Of a stretch of 64,000 nucleotides of DNA, positions 9,934 through 20,407 are shown piece after piece (within the stretch, counting starts at the first letter, position 1; every line of letters starts with the position of its first letter). Origin of the DNA: Epithemia pelagica (lineage: Eukaryota; Protista; Bacillariophyta); assembly GCA_946965045.2 (NCBI GenBank), contig OX337229.1, positions 1,860,001 to 1,924,000 of the forward strand, written 5' to 3'. The notes beneath the pieces are model-generated. The model searched no databases, had not been told where the DNA came from, and worked only from the letters and a program-made list of their open reading frames with translations. Both the position numbers and the translations under genes were made by a program.

Positions 9934-10730
9934 CTAACTCCATACCAGACTGTGTAGGTAGTTCGTATCACATTTTTATACTACAGAAGGAATTTTTTGT
10001 ACGACCGGGAATGAGTCGCGCGGGTTCCCTCTCGTGTGTGACACTTGTGCGACACTTGAGTGACACTTTATGACATGGCTTCTAGGAATTTCTCACTACC
10101 TACACAGCTTGATAGGGAGTAAGTTTACTACTTCCCTGTGTCTGGCCGTCCTCTCGCGTGGGGCGCGCCCGGCTTGTCGGGAGAATGACTCGACGGGCAA
10201 TTGTCTTGTCGGACGTGCGCCCTCCTCGACCATTGCCCTCCTCGTCATTCTACCCTCCGCGCCGGGCGGTCCCTCCTTGAAAGGACTCGACACCGGGAAG
10301 TATTAATACTACTACGTCACTCGGGTGGAGCGATACATACCTTTTACTCCTAGTTTTAGCCTTACTCCTACAACTTACTCCTACTCCTAGTAGATACTCC
10401 TAACTCCATACCAGACTGTGTAGTTAGCTTTTTTATACTACAGTATGAATTTATTGTATGACCGGGAAGTAGCTTCGTGCGGGTCGCGCGATTTCCCTCT
10501 AATGTGTGACACTTGCGTGACACTTGTATGACACTTGTGTGACATTTCTTCCTGGAATTCTCACTAACTACACAGCTTGATAGGGAGTAAGTTTACTAGG
10601 ATTCCCTGTGTCTGGCCGTCCTTTCGCTTCGGGCGCCCTCCTCGACCATTGCCCTCCTCGTCATTCTTCCCTTCGCGCCGGGGGGTCCCTCCTTGAAAGG
10701 ACTCGACACCGGGAATTATTAATACTACCT
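9934..10730. repeat. Pair of diverged non-coding direct repeats (~9934-10315 and ~10400-10730), each with four ~10-bp GTGACACTTG-like units
   Basis: Shared blocks CTAACTCCATACCAGACTGTGTAG, TACACAGCTTGATAGGGAGTAAGTTTACTA, TTCCCTGTGTCTGGCCGTCCT, CCCTCCTTGAAAGGACTCGACACCGGGAA. Copy 2 lacks ~50 bp present in copy 1. Confidence 0.9.
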
Positions 10731-10999
10731 ACTCCTAATTGGAAGGAAGCTACATTTGCTATCTTAGCTATCTACTCCTACTCTCTTAGAGAGAAATGCA
10801 TGGATCCATGTCAAGGAGTAAAATACTCCTTAGAGTTCCATATATGTCGTGGACAGAACAATATCAAAAATATATTCATGATTTCGATAGGGGGAGTTTA
10901 AAAACGAGTGACACTGGATTTCCGACTCGTCGTCTTCGATGAGTTGAAAGATCATGGTTGGAGTGATTCGCGTTATCGAATCACCACCCCGTTAAAATC

Positions 11000-12916
11000 A
11001 TGCCCGGATTTGAGAGCACCATGGCCTCTAATGCGCCACCCCTGCAGCAACAATCGCATCGAATTCGGCGACGACCGGTGAGTTTTGGCAATCCAGCCTT
11101 GGGAACCTATGAGGGCAACGTTTATACCTTGGAATCGCCAGTTTCTCCATCAACAAAACCACAACAGGAGGAGTATACTGCTGATGTTGCTGGTCCTCCT
11201 CCTCCTCCTCCTTCCCCATTTGTCTTTCCTTTGCCCGTGGTAGAACAAGCCATGTCAGTGCAACGCATGGTGGCAATGGTAGACGTACCACCGGAACAAG
11301 TTCCGGATGGAATTTTCAATCTGATTCGAGTTCATCAATGTTGGATCAAACATTTGCGGATACTGATTGCGGGTCCCATGGACGAGGGACACGACTCCAA
11401 AGATGATGCTGACAACAACGAAAACAACAAGAGCAATCTAGCACAATCATCTCGTGACACTGCATGCATACCGGTTACAATTCAAGACAGTTTAACGTTG
11501 CAGCAAGTCACACAGGAACGCAGATATTTGATCCTAATGGAAATCGAATCCGACGAGGCTGCTGAAGAATTGGTTCAAGATTTGCATGGTCAGCCCTACA
11601 CATCGCTTGATGAGACTTGCTGCTGCAGCATGTATCATGTTGTTGCCTTGCAGGGACATGACAATTTACAGTTTGCCATTGGTCCCTCGATATCGTCGGA
11701 GAGCAGTCAGAACCGCAACCAACAAGACACTTCGAAGCCATCCCTCACCTCCAAACAACAATCATCGGTTAATGCAGCATCCAATCGGGAGGCATCCAAC
11801 TGTGCTGTTTGTCTGGAACGGTTGCAGAACCCAGGAGAAAGCTCGAGTGAACAATCGTGTATTTTTACAACGGTTTGTAACCACTCATTCCATATGGACT
11901 GTTTACTCAAATGGCAAGACGCGTCGTGTCCTGTGTGTCGACACGATCATTCAGGACTGAATGAAACGTTGTCACAATGCCATATTTGTGGAACGACTGA
12001 AAACAATTACGTTTGTCTCATTTGTGGCGTCGTTTCCTGTGGACGACCGTCCGCGGCGGCGACAAGTCCCTGGGTTGGTGGAGCCACAGCAATAACAACA
12101 ACAACAGCAACCACACAACATGCCTCTTCTAGTTTTCTCAATGATGATGAGTGTTCGGGGTCATTGAACCGAGGGACTCTGGGAGGAAGACAAACTCCAG
12201 CAAACATTTCGGCATTGTCCCACGCTCGTCAACATTATGACGAAACCCTGCATGCCTATGCCTTGGATACCGAAACGCAACATGTCTGGGATTTTGCAGG
12301 ACAGGGCTATGTGCATCGACTATTGCAAAACAAGGATGATGGAAAACTTGTTGAAGTTTCCGATCCATCCGCGTTGTCGGAAGAACGAACGCAAAACCCA
12401 GGTCTTTCGGAAACACAAGAAGAACAAGCAGTACATCAGAAACTAGAAGGCATGGCTAGTTCCTATTATACTTTGCTCAAATCTCAGCTCGAACAGCAAC
12501 GCATCTACTACGAGGGACGGTTAGATGAGATTCGACTTGACAATCGACCGCAACGAGCGGCTGATCACATTTCCGCTCTCAAGCAAGAACGTCATCAACT
12601 TTCACAACGTCTTGTGATTCTGCAAAGCCGGAGGAACAAGACCAAGGAAGATGCAACCTTTTTGAATAATATGGTGGATAGTTTGGAGAAAAACAAGGAA
12701 GCCCTACGGGAAGAAGTGGCGGCTGTTCAAAAGTCTCGACAAGCCACCCGAGTCATGTTTGAGAATTGCCTACCACCCCTGCAAGAGAAGGTGACGAGAC
12801 TCATGTTACAGCTTGAGGCTGAATTTAGTGCTGCCACAACACCCATTGTAGAGGATATTGGTAATGAAACGGCAAACGATAAGAAACAACCAGCCTCTCG
12901 AAGGTCCAAAAAATGA
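11000..12916 (+). CDS. BRAP: BRCA1-associated protein-like E3 ligase (BRAP2/ETP1: RING-H2 + ZnF-UBP + coiled coil)
   Basis: RING CAVCLERL...TVCNHSFHMDCLLKW..SCPVCR; ZnF-UBP CHICG..NYVCLICGVVSCGR...HARQHYDETLHAYALDTETQHVWDFAGQGYVHRL; LKSQLEQQRIYYE coiled coil. Confidence 0.95.
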   Translation: MPGFESTMASNAPPLQQQSHRIRRRPVSFGNPALGTYEGNVYTLESPVSPSTKPQQEEYTADVAGPPPPPPSPFVFPLPVVEQAMSVQRMVAMVDVPPEQVPDGIFNLIRVHQCWIKHLRILIAGPMDEGHDSKDDADNNENNKSNLAQSSRDTACIPVTIQDSLTLQQVTQERRYLILMEIESDEAAEELVQDLHGQPYTSLDETCCCSMYHVVALQGHDNLQFAIGPSISSESSQNRNQQDTSKPSLTSKQQSSVNAASNREASNCAVCLERLQNPGESSSEQSCIFTTVCNHSFHMDCLLKWQDASCPVCRHDHSGLNETLSQCHICGTTENNYVCLICGVVSCGRPSAAATSPWVGGATAITTTTATTQHASSSFLNDDECSGSLNRGTLGGRQTPANISALSHARQHYDETLHAYALDTETQHVWDFAGQGYVHRLLQNKDDGKLVEVSDPSALSEERTQNPGLSETQEEQAVHQKLEGMASSYYTLLKSQLEQQRIYYEGRLDEIRLDNRPQRAADHISALKQERHQLSQRLVILQSRRNKTKEDATFLNNMVDSLEKNKEALREEVAAVQKSRQATRVMFENCLPPLQEKVTRLMLQLEAEFSAATTPIVEDIGNETANDKKQPASRRSKK

Positions 12917-12986
12917 AAGATAGGATCGCGAAGGTCCAAAAAATGAAAGATAGGATCGCGAAGGTCCAAAAAATGAAAGATAGGAT
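12899..12986. repeat. 30-bp tandem repeat x3 overlapping the BRAP stop codon
   Basis: CGAAGGTCCAAAAAATGAAAGATAGGAT(CG) repeated with exact 30-bp period at 12899, 12929, 12959. Confidence 0.97.
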
Positions 12987-13158
12987 ACAGCCATGACGAT
13001 AACGTGATTCTTTGGCATGAGTTGAATAGGAATGTTTGTTGTGTTTAGTGGTTACTTTCCCTTGTTTTCAATATACGATGTTCATTTAGTCTACTCGAGT
13101 TGGCCAGATTGCTAAGAGACATTACAGACAGAGGCCTAACAACAGGCATGATTGCCTA

Positions 13159-16100
13159 CTATACTTCTGCTCGTTCTACATCTAGTGGTCCGAAGTCCAG
13201 ATCGTCATCATCCTCAAAGCCTCGGTCTATGCTCTCAATCATCACCGTTCCTGTCAATGGACACTCCGCCGCAATCAGGCCGTCTAGTTCCGACTGCAAT
13301 TTATCTCGTTGCAGAGATGAATCCGTTCCAGCAGATGGTGATTTCAATTCTTCCTCCAACTCTTGTACACGTTCTCGCTGTTTCTCGTTGAGATATGGCA
13401 TCACCGCTTTCTTCACCGCACTAGCCAAAATAACGTAACCAGACGGGAAAACATAGAATGGTTCATTGCTTTTGAGTACTAACTTGTCCGTCATGGCACA
13501 ACGAGCATTGGTCTTGACTCGCATTTGTCGACTCTTAAGCCGAACAATTTCATGTCGCAAATGATCGCAGGTTTGATCGCAATCGCTCATTTCTCGTAAA
13601 AAGCCTTCAATACGGGACGAATACGAGGTCAATGCTTCGCAGATTTCGTCCTTGATTTGATCGATTTGGGCAAAATCTGGTAAAAATGGCAGGACATCTT
13701 CAATGGAGAGAACGTCGGGGCCACAATCTTTGAGCACTGAGACAACACGAGAAACCACATCTTTGCCTCCTCGACTGGCGCTATCAGACGCAGCATTCTT
13801 GGCAATCATTAACCAAAGACGTTTCCGTTCCTCCAGTTCGACGCTTTCTTGAGCCAACTCACGTGCCAACGACGGATCTACTTTCAAGGCAAGTTCTACC
13901 GCTTGTTGACGCATTCCAAATCCCATGTATAGCTTAATCGCTGACCGGTAATGACGGCCCGATGCCAAGACCGTTCGTAGCGCTGCAGACATGTCCAATG
14001 GCCCCGACAGTCCATAATCGGAACCCACCGTCAAAAAGGATTTTGCACCACTGGTATTGTCCGCCCAAGGCGAGGCTCCGACAGGCACATGCGTCGTCAA
14101 GAACTTCAGAAGAGGTTCTTCATCATCCAATTTGGCGTACAAGGAAACCAAGTAACTGAAAATGGCACCGGTTTGGCATCCTTGTTGAATGACACCTTCC
14201 AAGAAACGTATTGCCGCGTTTGCATCTTCCACAAAGGATGCTGTCGTGAAAACCATGGTTCGATTAATGCTCAATTCCAAGCCTTCAACAGTCGTGGAAT
14301 GGTCCATGGACACATCGTAAGACTCTGTTGTTCGGTCTCCATCTCCATCGCTAGCATTGTCGGTACGATCATTGCCCCCTGCCTGTGCTCTGGCTCGAAC
14401 ACGACTGGCACGACGCTGTTCGTAATTCATAATCGACGGCAACACTCGCGACGGACTCAATCCTTCGGCGTACCGGGCCAAAAAGCCATCGACAGCCGCT
14501 CCTGGTGCCCGTGAAAGGAGGATCGACGCATGTCGATAATACAAGGGTTCGGCCAATTCAAAGGGTGCCTCGCCAAGAATCGTCAAGGCCTCATAGGCTC
14601 CCCGTGTATCTTCAGCACCCACATTCAAGGCAGCATTGACGGCCGTGGCAATATCACCACTACGAGCGGCATAGAGAGCACATTCATGGGCACCCACATC
14701 ATGCGAGGTCAGGATTTTCATAATTGTCTTGGCTTCCATATTGTTGACATTGTTGTTGAGAAACTGCGACAGCAGAGCACTATCTTCCATACTCGCCGTC
14801 GAGGCCGCCGCGGCCGTCTCAAGCAAGGGCGCATTGGCCCTTCGTTCTCCTCGTTCGTGAAGAAATAATTCCGTGAGCCATGCGCCAATCATGGTACACG
14901 TCATGCGGTCATTGTTCATTTTGCCCACCCTCATCTTGTCGGCTAGATACGTAATGAGGGGAACATTACTAGATTCCAAACTCGCCCATGCCTTGGCGGA
15001 TCCCCCATAGGACTTTGGGTCGTCAATGCCCAATTTCGGCAGAGCCAGACGGACGGCGGTATCGGCAAAGGGTGCCAAGGCAGAAGGACAAAGAGCAAAG
15101 TACTTGGCCGCCAATTCGGTTCGACCTTGTGCCAAATGATATTCGGCCCGTGCCGCCGTCACGACAGCCTTTTGCGCTGCATTGGAGCACAATGCCTTGG
15201 CTTGTTCAAACAAGGCTTCTTGAGCCTTTTCTTCTTCTGTCAAGGGTTTGCCCACAAACACATCAAAGCCTGTTTGTTCCGACGACCGCTTGGCACTGGA
15301 TGTCGTTCCCGATGCACTGCCACTACTAGTGCTCGACTTGGATTGCAGCGGCATATCCAGACATTTTTGCAATGTATACTTCCATACATCACGATCTTCT
15401 TGACTGGAGGAAATGTGTACCAACTGTCGTCCTTGACGCAACCACACTTGATCGGGACGTCGAATGTCCATGAGCAAGGCTCCCACCAAAAAACTACTGG
15501 ATGAGGTCGATCCTGTGGCTAGGATGGAATTGCTTGTATCGTCATTGCCCTTGGACGAACCTTGTGTGGTGGTGCTTGATCCATCCACGCGATCTTTTTG
15601 AATAATCTTTTGCGCCACTCGATTAATAAAGCAGACATGATTCGATTCCGTCAAGACAATAAAGTGATGGGGTGTCAAGGCCAAGGAAATGGCATTGCTG
15701 TTGTTGCTGCTGCTATTTGTCGGCATGGTGTGGTGGTTGGTCTTGGTAGAGGAGTGTGCCTTGGCAAAAATGGTTTCGTACGACAACATTCCCGAATCGA
15801 CAATCATACTGGCACTGCCACCTGCTGCTACCGTCGCTGCAGCATTGGTCAAACTCCGATCAATCCGACCATGATAGATTCCCACTGCCGTTCGTAACCC
15901 AAAACCATCTCCCACCGTGACCATATCGGCAAAATCGACCGATCCAGGCAGTTCCACCAAGGTGGCATATTGTTGATCGGCCAAGACTTTGCGAAAACTG
16001 GAATTGTGAGGACTGTAAAAGGAATAAAAGCGAGTGCGCTTGCCACGTCCGGATGTGGCACAAATGACCAACAACCCGGTCCGCAATCGTTCAAAGTACA

Positions 16101-17817
16101 AACCCGTCACAGCCGCTCCTACTTGACTGGGATCCATCATAGACGCCGGGTCGGAACCTCCTCCAGCAGACGATGACGAAGACAGTTTGTGCAATAAAAT
16201 GGGCAAATTGGACGAAGACGCGGACAAGAGACTGGACGTTGCACTGGAACTGGTTCGTTTGTGATGATCTTGGCTGCTACTGCCACCACCGCCACTACTG
16301 CTGCCACTGGTACCTCCTCCTTTGCGATGACTGGTCGTACCAGTTTCATCACCATGATTCATACCATGGCTTCCTTCTGTGGGAAAGGTATATTCGTAAA
16401 TTTCACCAAGACTGGTACCCAACAAGACTCGTTTGGAAGATCCTTCGGTCCCTCGTTCTTTATCCCAGGCAATGGCCGTGACGTAGGACCCGAGCGTGAG
16501 ACCGGCTTGAATACTAGCTTGTGATTGTTCATCGCGCAAATGCGCCACAGCAGTTGCTGGAATACCTGTCAAGTGCAACCCAGCCGTCATCCACAACGGA
16601 ACTGTGTGGTTGGCAGCGGAATTGGCATTGCCCGTGTGAGACGACGACTGGTTGCCCCGTGTCGGTGTGGTGGCAGTCTTTTTCTTGTGGTGGTGGTGGC
16701 TGCTACTCGCACTGTTGGTGGCGTGGTCCGACGATTGAACAAGCGGTGCCGACGGTCCAAATCCTGGCAGTTTGACAAGTCGCTGTGAACCACTGCTGTG
16801 TAAATAATAGGCTTCACCATTGTTGGCACTAATCAAGGTATGAGAGGCGGTTGGATCGACCAAGACATGTTTGATCCGACCTTCGTTGCTCCTACTACGG
16901 AGGCTGCCCACAATCGGGGGAGGCAAGGCCATCCAATGATCCGACCAGGAGGTTCCTGTCAAACTTCCTCGTCGTACATTCCACCGCGAAATCAATCGCA
17001 GCCCTACACCACCGCTCATGGACATTGTACTAGTAGCATTGGTTGTCGTTGTAGAAGAAGCAGAATTGGAGGCATGGGTGCTGCTACTGGATCCTCCCGT
17101 ACCTGATTGCTTGGAGGTACTGCTGCTACCCAAAGCAGCAGCAGACGATGTCGTGCTTGTTGAGGACGACGGTGGTTGTTCCAAGACGGCTACAATCCAT
17201 CCATTGGCGGCAGCCACACAATGCGCACGAGGAGGACGCAAGGGACGATTGCTGCCTCCCATGGACGACGACGACGACGACAAGTGCGCTTGTTGGTTTT
17301 GTTGTTGCTGTTGTTGAGCACTGGTCGAATCCTTTCCATCGTGCGTCGTCCCCGTGTTGAGGACTCGATTCATAAATCCAGTCAAACCATAGGACGATGA
17401 CGATGCATCGGTGCCATCGGTTGGTCCAGTTCCCGAGGTTGAGGAATGCAGTGTAGACGACGATGCTTGCTTCGAGGAAGAGGAGGATGAAGTCTTGGCG
17501 GCATTGGAGGTGGAAGACGAGGAGGACGAGCCAGGATGCCGTGTTTCGCCCACACTACCATGCGGATACGAAATGCCATATTCATTTCCCAAGGTTTGCG
17601 ATTGTTGCAGCAATTTGTGATACAAGGGTTGTGACAAGGACGACAATATTGGCCAATCCACATGACGAGCCGCCCAAATAGGAGGTTCACTGCTACTCGT
17701 GGTGGTGGATTGCGACGAAGATGGTTGCGATTGTTGTTGTTGTTGCGCATACAATCGACTGGTCCCTGTCGAGTTGGACGCCGATGATGCCGTGGCAGGA
17801 GTATCAAACGGATTCAT
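13159..17817 (-). CDS. VPS18: Vacuolar protein sorting 18 (HOPS/CORVET subunit), single long exon with low-complexity insertions
   Basis: ISLALTPHHFIVL, RDVWK, YHLAQGRTELAAKYFA, MIGAWLTELFL, LERKRLWLMIAK, LSIEDVLPFLPDF.IDQIKDEIC.AL..Y, and terminal FYVFP...AAECPLTG..MIESIDRGF follow Vps18/Pep3 order. Confidence 0.93.
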   Translation of the reverse strand: MNPFDTPATASSASNSTGTSRLYAQQQQQSQPSSSQSTTTSSSEPPIWAARHVDWPILSSLSQPLYHKLLQQSQTLGNEYGISYPHGSVGETRHPGSSSSSSTSNAAKTSSSSSSKQASSSTLHSSTSGTGPTDGTDASSSSYGLTGFMNRVLNTGTTHDGKDSTSAQQQQQQNQQAHLSSSSSSMGGSNRPLRPPRAHCVAAANGWIVAVLEQPPSSSTSTTSSAAALGSSSTSKQSGTGGSSSSTHASNSASSTTTTNATSTMSMSGGVGLRLISRWNVRRGSLTGTSWSDHWMALPPPIVGSLRSRSNEGRIKHVLVDPTASHTLISANNGEAYYLHSSGSQRLVKLPGFGPSAPLVQSSDHATNSASSSHHHHKKKTATTPTRGNQSSSHTGNANSAANHTVPLWMTAGLHLTGIPATAVAHLRDEQSQASIQAGLTLGSYVTAIAWDKERGTEGSSKRVLLGTSLGEIYEYTFPTEGSHGMNHGDETGTTSHRKGGGTSGSSSGGGGSSSQDHHKRTSSSATSSLLSASSSNLPILLHKLSSSSSAGGGSDPASMMDPSQVGAAVTGLYFERLRTGLLVICATSGRGKRTRFYSFYSPHNSSFRKVLADQQYATLVELPGSVDFADMVTVGDGFGLRTAVGIYHGRIDRSLTNAAATVAAGGSASMIVDSGMLSYETIFAKAHSSTKTNHHTMPTNSSSNNSNAISLALTPHHFIVLTESNHVCFINRVAQKIIQKDRVDGSSTTTQGSSKGNDDTSNSILATGSTSSSSFLVGALLMDIRRPDQVWLRQGRQLVHISSSQEDRDVWKYTLQKCLDMPLQSKSSTSSGSASGTTSSAKRSSEQTGFDVFVGKPLTEEEKAQEALFEQAKALCSNAAQKAVVTAARAEYHLAQGRTELAAKYFALCPSALAPFADTAVRLALPKLGIDDPKSYGGSAKAWASLESSNVPLITYLADKMRVGKMNNDRMTCTMIGAWLTELFLHERGERRANAPLLETAAAASTASMEDSALLSQFLNNNVNNMEAKTIMKILTSHDVGAHECALYAARSGDIATAVNAALNVGAEDTRGAYEALTILGEAPFELAEPLYYRHASILLSRAPGAAVDGFLARYAEGLSPSRVLPSIMNYEQRRASRVRARAQAGGNDRTDNASDGDGDRTTESYDVSMDHSTTVEGLELSINRTMVFTTASFVEDANAAIRFLEGVIQQGCQTGAIFSYLVSLYAKLDDEEPLLKFLTTHVPVGASPWADNTSGAKSFLTVGSDYGLSGPLDMSAALRTVLASGRHYRSAIKLYMGFGMRQQAVELALKVDPSLARELAQESVELEERKRLWLMIAKNAASDSASRGGKDVVSRVVSVLKDCGPDVLSIEDVLPFLPDFAQIDQIKDEICEALTSYSSRIEGFLREMSDCDQTCDHLRHEIVRLKSRQMRVKTNARCAMTDKLVLKSNEPFYVFPSGYVILASAVKKAVMPYLNEKQRERVQELEEELKSPSAGTDSSLQRDKLQSELDGLIAAECPLTGTVMIESIDRGFEDDDDLDFGPLDVERAEV

Positions 17818-18612
17818 GATTCTCTCTGCGTCTCACGAGGCTTGGTGATGAGATGCCTCTGGACGAGTGTGGTTGTCGTGAGAGGCGAGAGTCTTCCAAT
17901 TTTTCCTCCACCGATACGAGGATCATTGTCACACTGGAACGATTCGCGGAACCAAAGATACACCCTAGAGTTTATAGTACTTATAATGAATCAATATTTA
18001 AAAACATTTACCCATTTAGCACGATCCGGGAGTGATCCGTGGAAGTCCGCCCAGGGGCGAATTCAACCACCCGTCGAACGCTTCCAAACAAGACACACGG
18101 GTAACGTTACGAGAATCATCATTCTGTTCGTGTTCATGGACTGTGCATGAACAACCCTTACGCGGTCATTCATTCTTTCCATGTGATCCTGATTATTTCG
18201 CGTTGTGCCGCGTGCGAGCGCCCTTTGGACGGAACGAATGGTCCAGGCAGGCTTTTGGGTACTATTCCCGCCGCATCCAACCGAGAGGATCGAGCGTTTC
18301 TCCACCCACCAATCCACCGTTTCGCATTCATTGCAAAACCCATCTCCGAGCCTCAATGAATGCCGTGGAAGACAAACTCGACCAGAGCAGCGCGCGACAC
18401 AAGTATTCCCGCAGAACATTTACGTACAGTTGTACGGGCTCACCAGAAACAAAACCCATCTCTTCGAGGTCAATCGTAAACCTTCGTTGGGTTGCGGTTT
18501 GCAATCACTCTTTGCCGGTCCATCCTTGCACAAACATTCATCTTGTTCTCATAAAATTTGCTCGTACCCCAATCATACATCACTTTGACCAAGCAACCCA
18601 GAACTTCTTACA

Positions 18613-19755
18613 ATGAGTCAACTTACAATGACTTCACGCTCGTTTCCAGTTCCTACCATTACACCGACCAAGCCTCGCTTCTCAGTTACGTCGGAATCCG
18701 CAGGCAACGACGAAAAACTCCACATGAAGACAGACAGCACAGCTTCTTCGTGGGATGACGAGAGCATTCTCGCGGCTGCACAACAGGTAGTCGCTGGGCA
18801 ATCCAATGACCAACTCGAGAATGAGAAAAAGATGGACATGTTCGATTTCACCGACAATGATGTTTTGTTTCCGCTAAATCCGCGCCAACTACCAAAGAAC
18901 TGTGTGACTATTCCAATCAAAATCTCGTCATCAGCCGATGAGAACAATGATTCAAGTGATGAAGAAGAAGATGATTCGAAGGCTCCTGATCTCGACGGCT
19001 CTTGGGAATCAGAAGACGACTCCAGTGCCCATAATCTCGACGGCTCTTGGGAATCAGAAGACGACTCGAGTGCTCATAATATCAACGACTCATGGGAATC
19101 CCAAACCACGAATGATGAATGCAATGACCATGTCCTCCATTTCTTTCCAACGCCCGAGACTCCCCGCCAAAACAAGCAACCCGTTCATCCGACACACATT
19201 CGGGCAGTCATCCCCGTCAAGGGCAAAGTCACTACGCCACAATTCCGTACGGCCACACCCTTCAAGGGCAAGTTCCTTCCACAGCAAGAATCCCGTGAAC
19301 CCGAGCCTGATACATGGGGCAAACTGTCACAAGGCAAGCGCTGCTTGACGGCCGTCAAGCGTGATAACGAGGCGTCCACTCGATGCAAGACACCAGCTTT
19401 GGTCCGCAGTTCGTCCAACCACCAATTCCCATGGACGTTTGAGGAAGAAGAAATTATTCGTGAGTGCCGCAAGAAGAACATCAAGTACTCTGTCATACAA
19501 GCCCAACTTCCCGGTCGAACTTGTAGCGAGATTCGAGATCACTTTGAGAACGTGATCGATCCCGATCTCCTTACAACGCCACTCACTATTCAAGAGAAGC
19601 GGATTATTTTGGAGAAGCGACAAAGATTTGGAAACCGCTGGAATTTTATATCCACATTTTTGCCAAGAAGGTCGGTGGACCAAATCAAAAAGTTTTGGCT
19701 GACTACCAAACTCGCTGAACGACGTCATTTCCGGAAAAGCGCCAAAAGTGAGTGA
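18613..19755 (+). CDS. R2R3-type Myb-domain protein (diverged), intronless
   Basis: Two C-terminal Myb repeats: PWTFEEEEII...LPGRTCSEIRDHFENVIDPDL and LTIQEKRII...FGNRWNFISTFLPRRSVDQIKKFW. Confidence 0.85.
   Translation: MSQLTMTSRSFPVPTITPTKPRFSVTSESAGNDEKLHMKTDSTASSWDDESILAAAQQVVAGQSNDQLENEKKMDMFDFTDNDVLFPLNPRQLPKNCVTIPIKISSSADENNDSSDEEEDDSKAPDLDGSWESEDDSSAHNLDGSWESEDDSSAHNINDSWESQTTNDECNDHVLHFFPTPETPRQNKQPVHPTHIRAVIPVKGKVTTPQFRTATPFKGKFLPQQESREPEPDTWGKLSQGKRCLTAVKRDNEASTRCKTPALVRSSSNHQFPWTFEEEEIIRECRKKNIKYSVIQAQLPGRTCSEIRDHFENVIDPDLLTTPLTIQEKRIILEKRQRFGNRWNFISTFLPRRSVDQIKKFWLTTKLAERRHFRKSAKSE
18989..19100 (+). repeat. 45-bp coding tandem repeat x2.5 (LDGSWESEDDSSAHN)
   Basis: Units begin at 18989, 19034, 19079. 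Confidence 0.9.
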
Positions 19756-20407
19756 TTTGTGGCTTGTTCACGCACAAGACTGGCTCAAGGGAGTAGGGAA
19801 ATGATTGAAAAAGATGCATTTTGTAGAAGAGGTTATTGTTGTTTCCATATCAAAACAGAGTATAAAAACAGAGTAATAGAGAGTTCATGATTTCACAACG
19901 CAGACTCTTGTAGTGCTTCTTCTCTGCGTCGTTCGGATCGATATGTGATCCAATCCACCCATTGTCAGTCGACAATTCAGCCCCTTCCAAGGTTGCGCAG
20001 TTGCTTAATTCAGGACGATTTGTATCACACGTAGTGTGGCAGTGAGAAACGATGGCGACAAACAATGGCCACAACAGATTCGGTCGAATGGTGATTGTAC
20101 ATGTTCACGGCTGGCACAAAGGACTGATTCTTCCTGAGCAAATGGTCGCCGTATCCTAACGGAAATCGGAGAAAACTTGTAGAGCCATGTCGTTGCGAAA
20201 ACACCAATTCAGTAGTCCTACGTCATCTTTGGTGTACCTTCCAAAGCTTTCGGGTGACATGATTCATGAATCCCGTCACACTATAATACAAGGAAGCTCC
20301 ATTGTGGGGTGACATTGGTTGGTGATGTTCATTAGGCCGAGGCATCCATATAGGACGAAAATGTCCTGGCATATAAGATGTCTAGGTCCAGGCTTTGTAT
20401 TGTGATA

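Noticed and set aside
10340-10410. ACTCCT/TAGGAG runs as interstitial telomeric repeat
   Set aside because: Irregular, short, and not TTAGGG or another perfect telomere unit.
12899-12986. 30-bp repeats as a CRISPR array
   Set aside because: Units are directly adjacent with no spacers, there are no cas genes and the context is eukaryotic.
17842-18612. ORFs between VPS18 and the Myb gene
   Set aside because: Overlapping short frames without recognisable motifs; treated as intergenic.
19760-20400. Possible gene remnant downstream of the Myb gene
   Set aside because: Only short interrupted frames; no family recognisable by eye.
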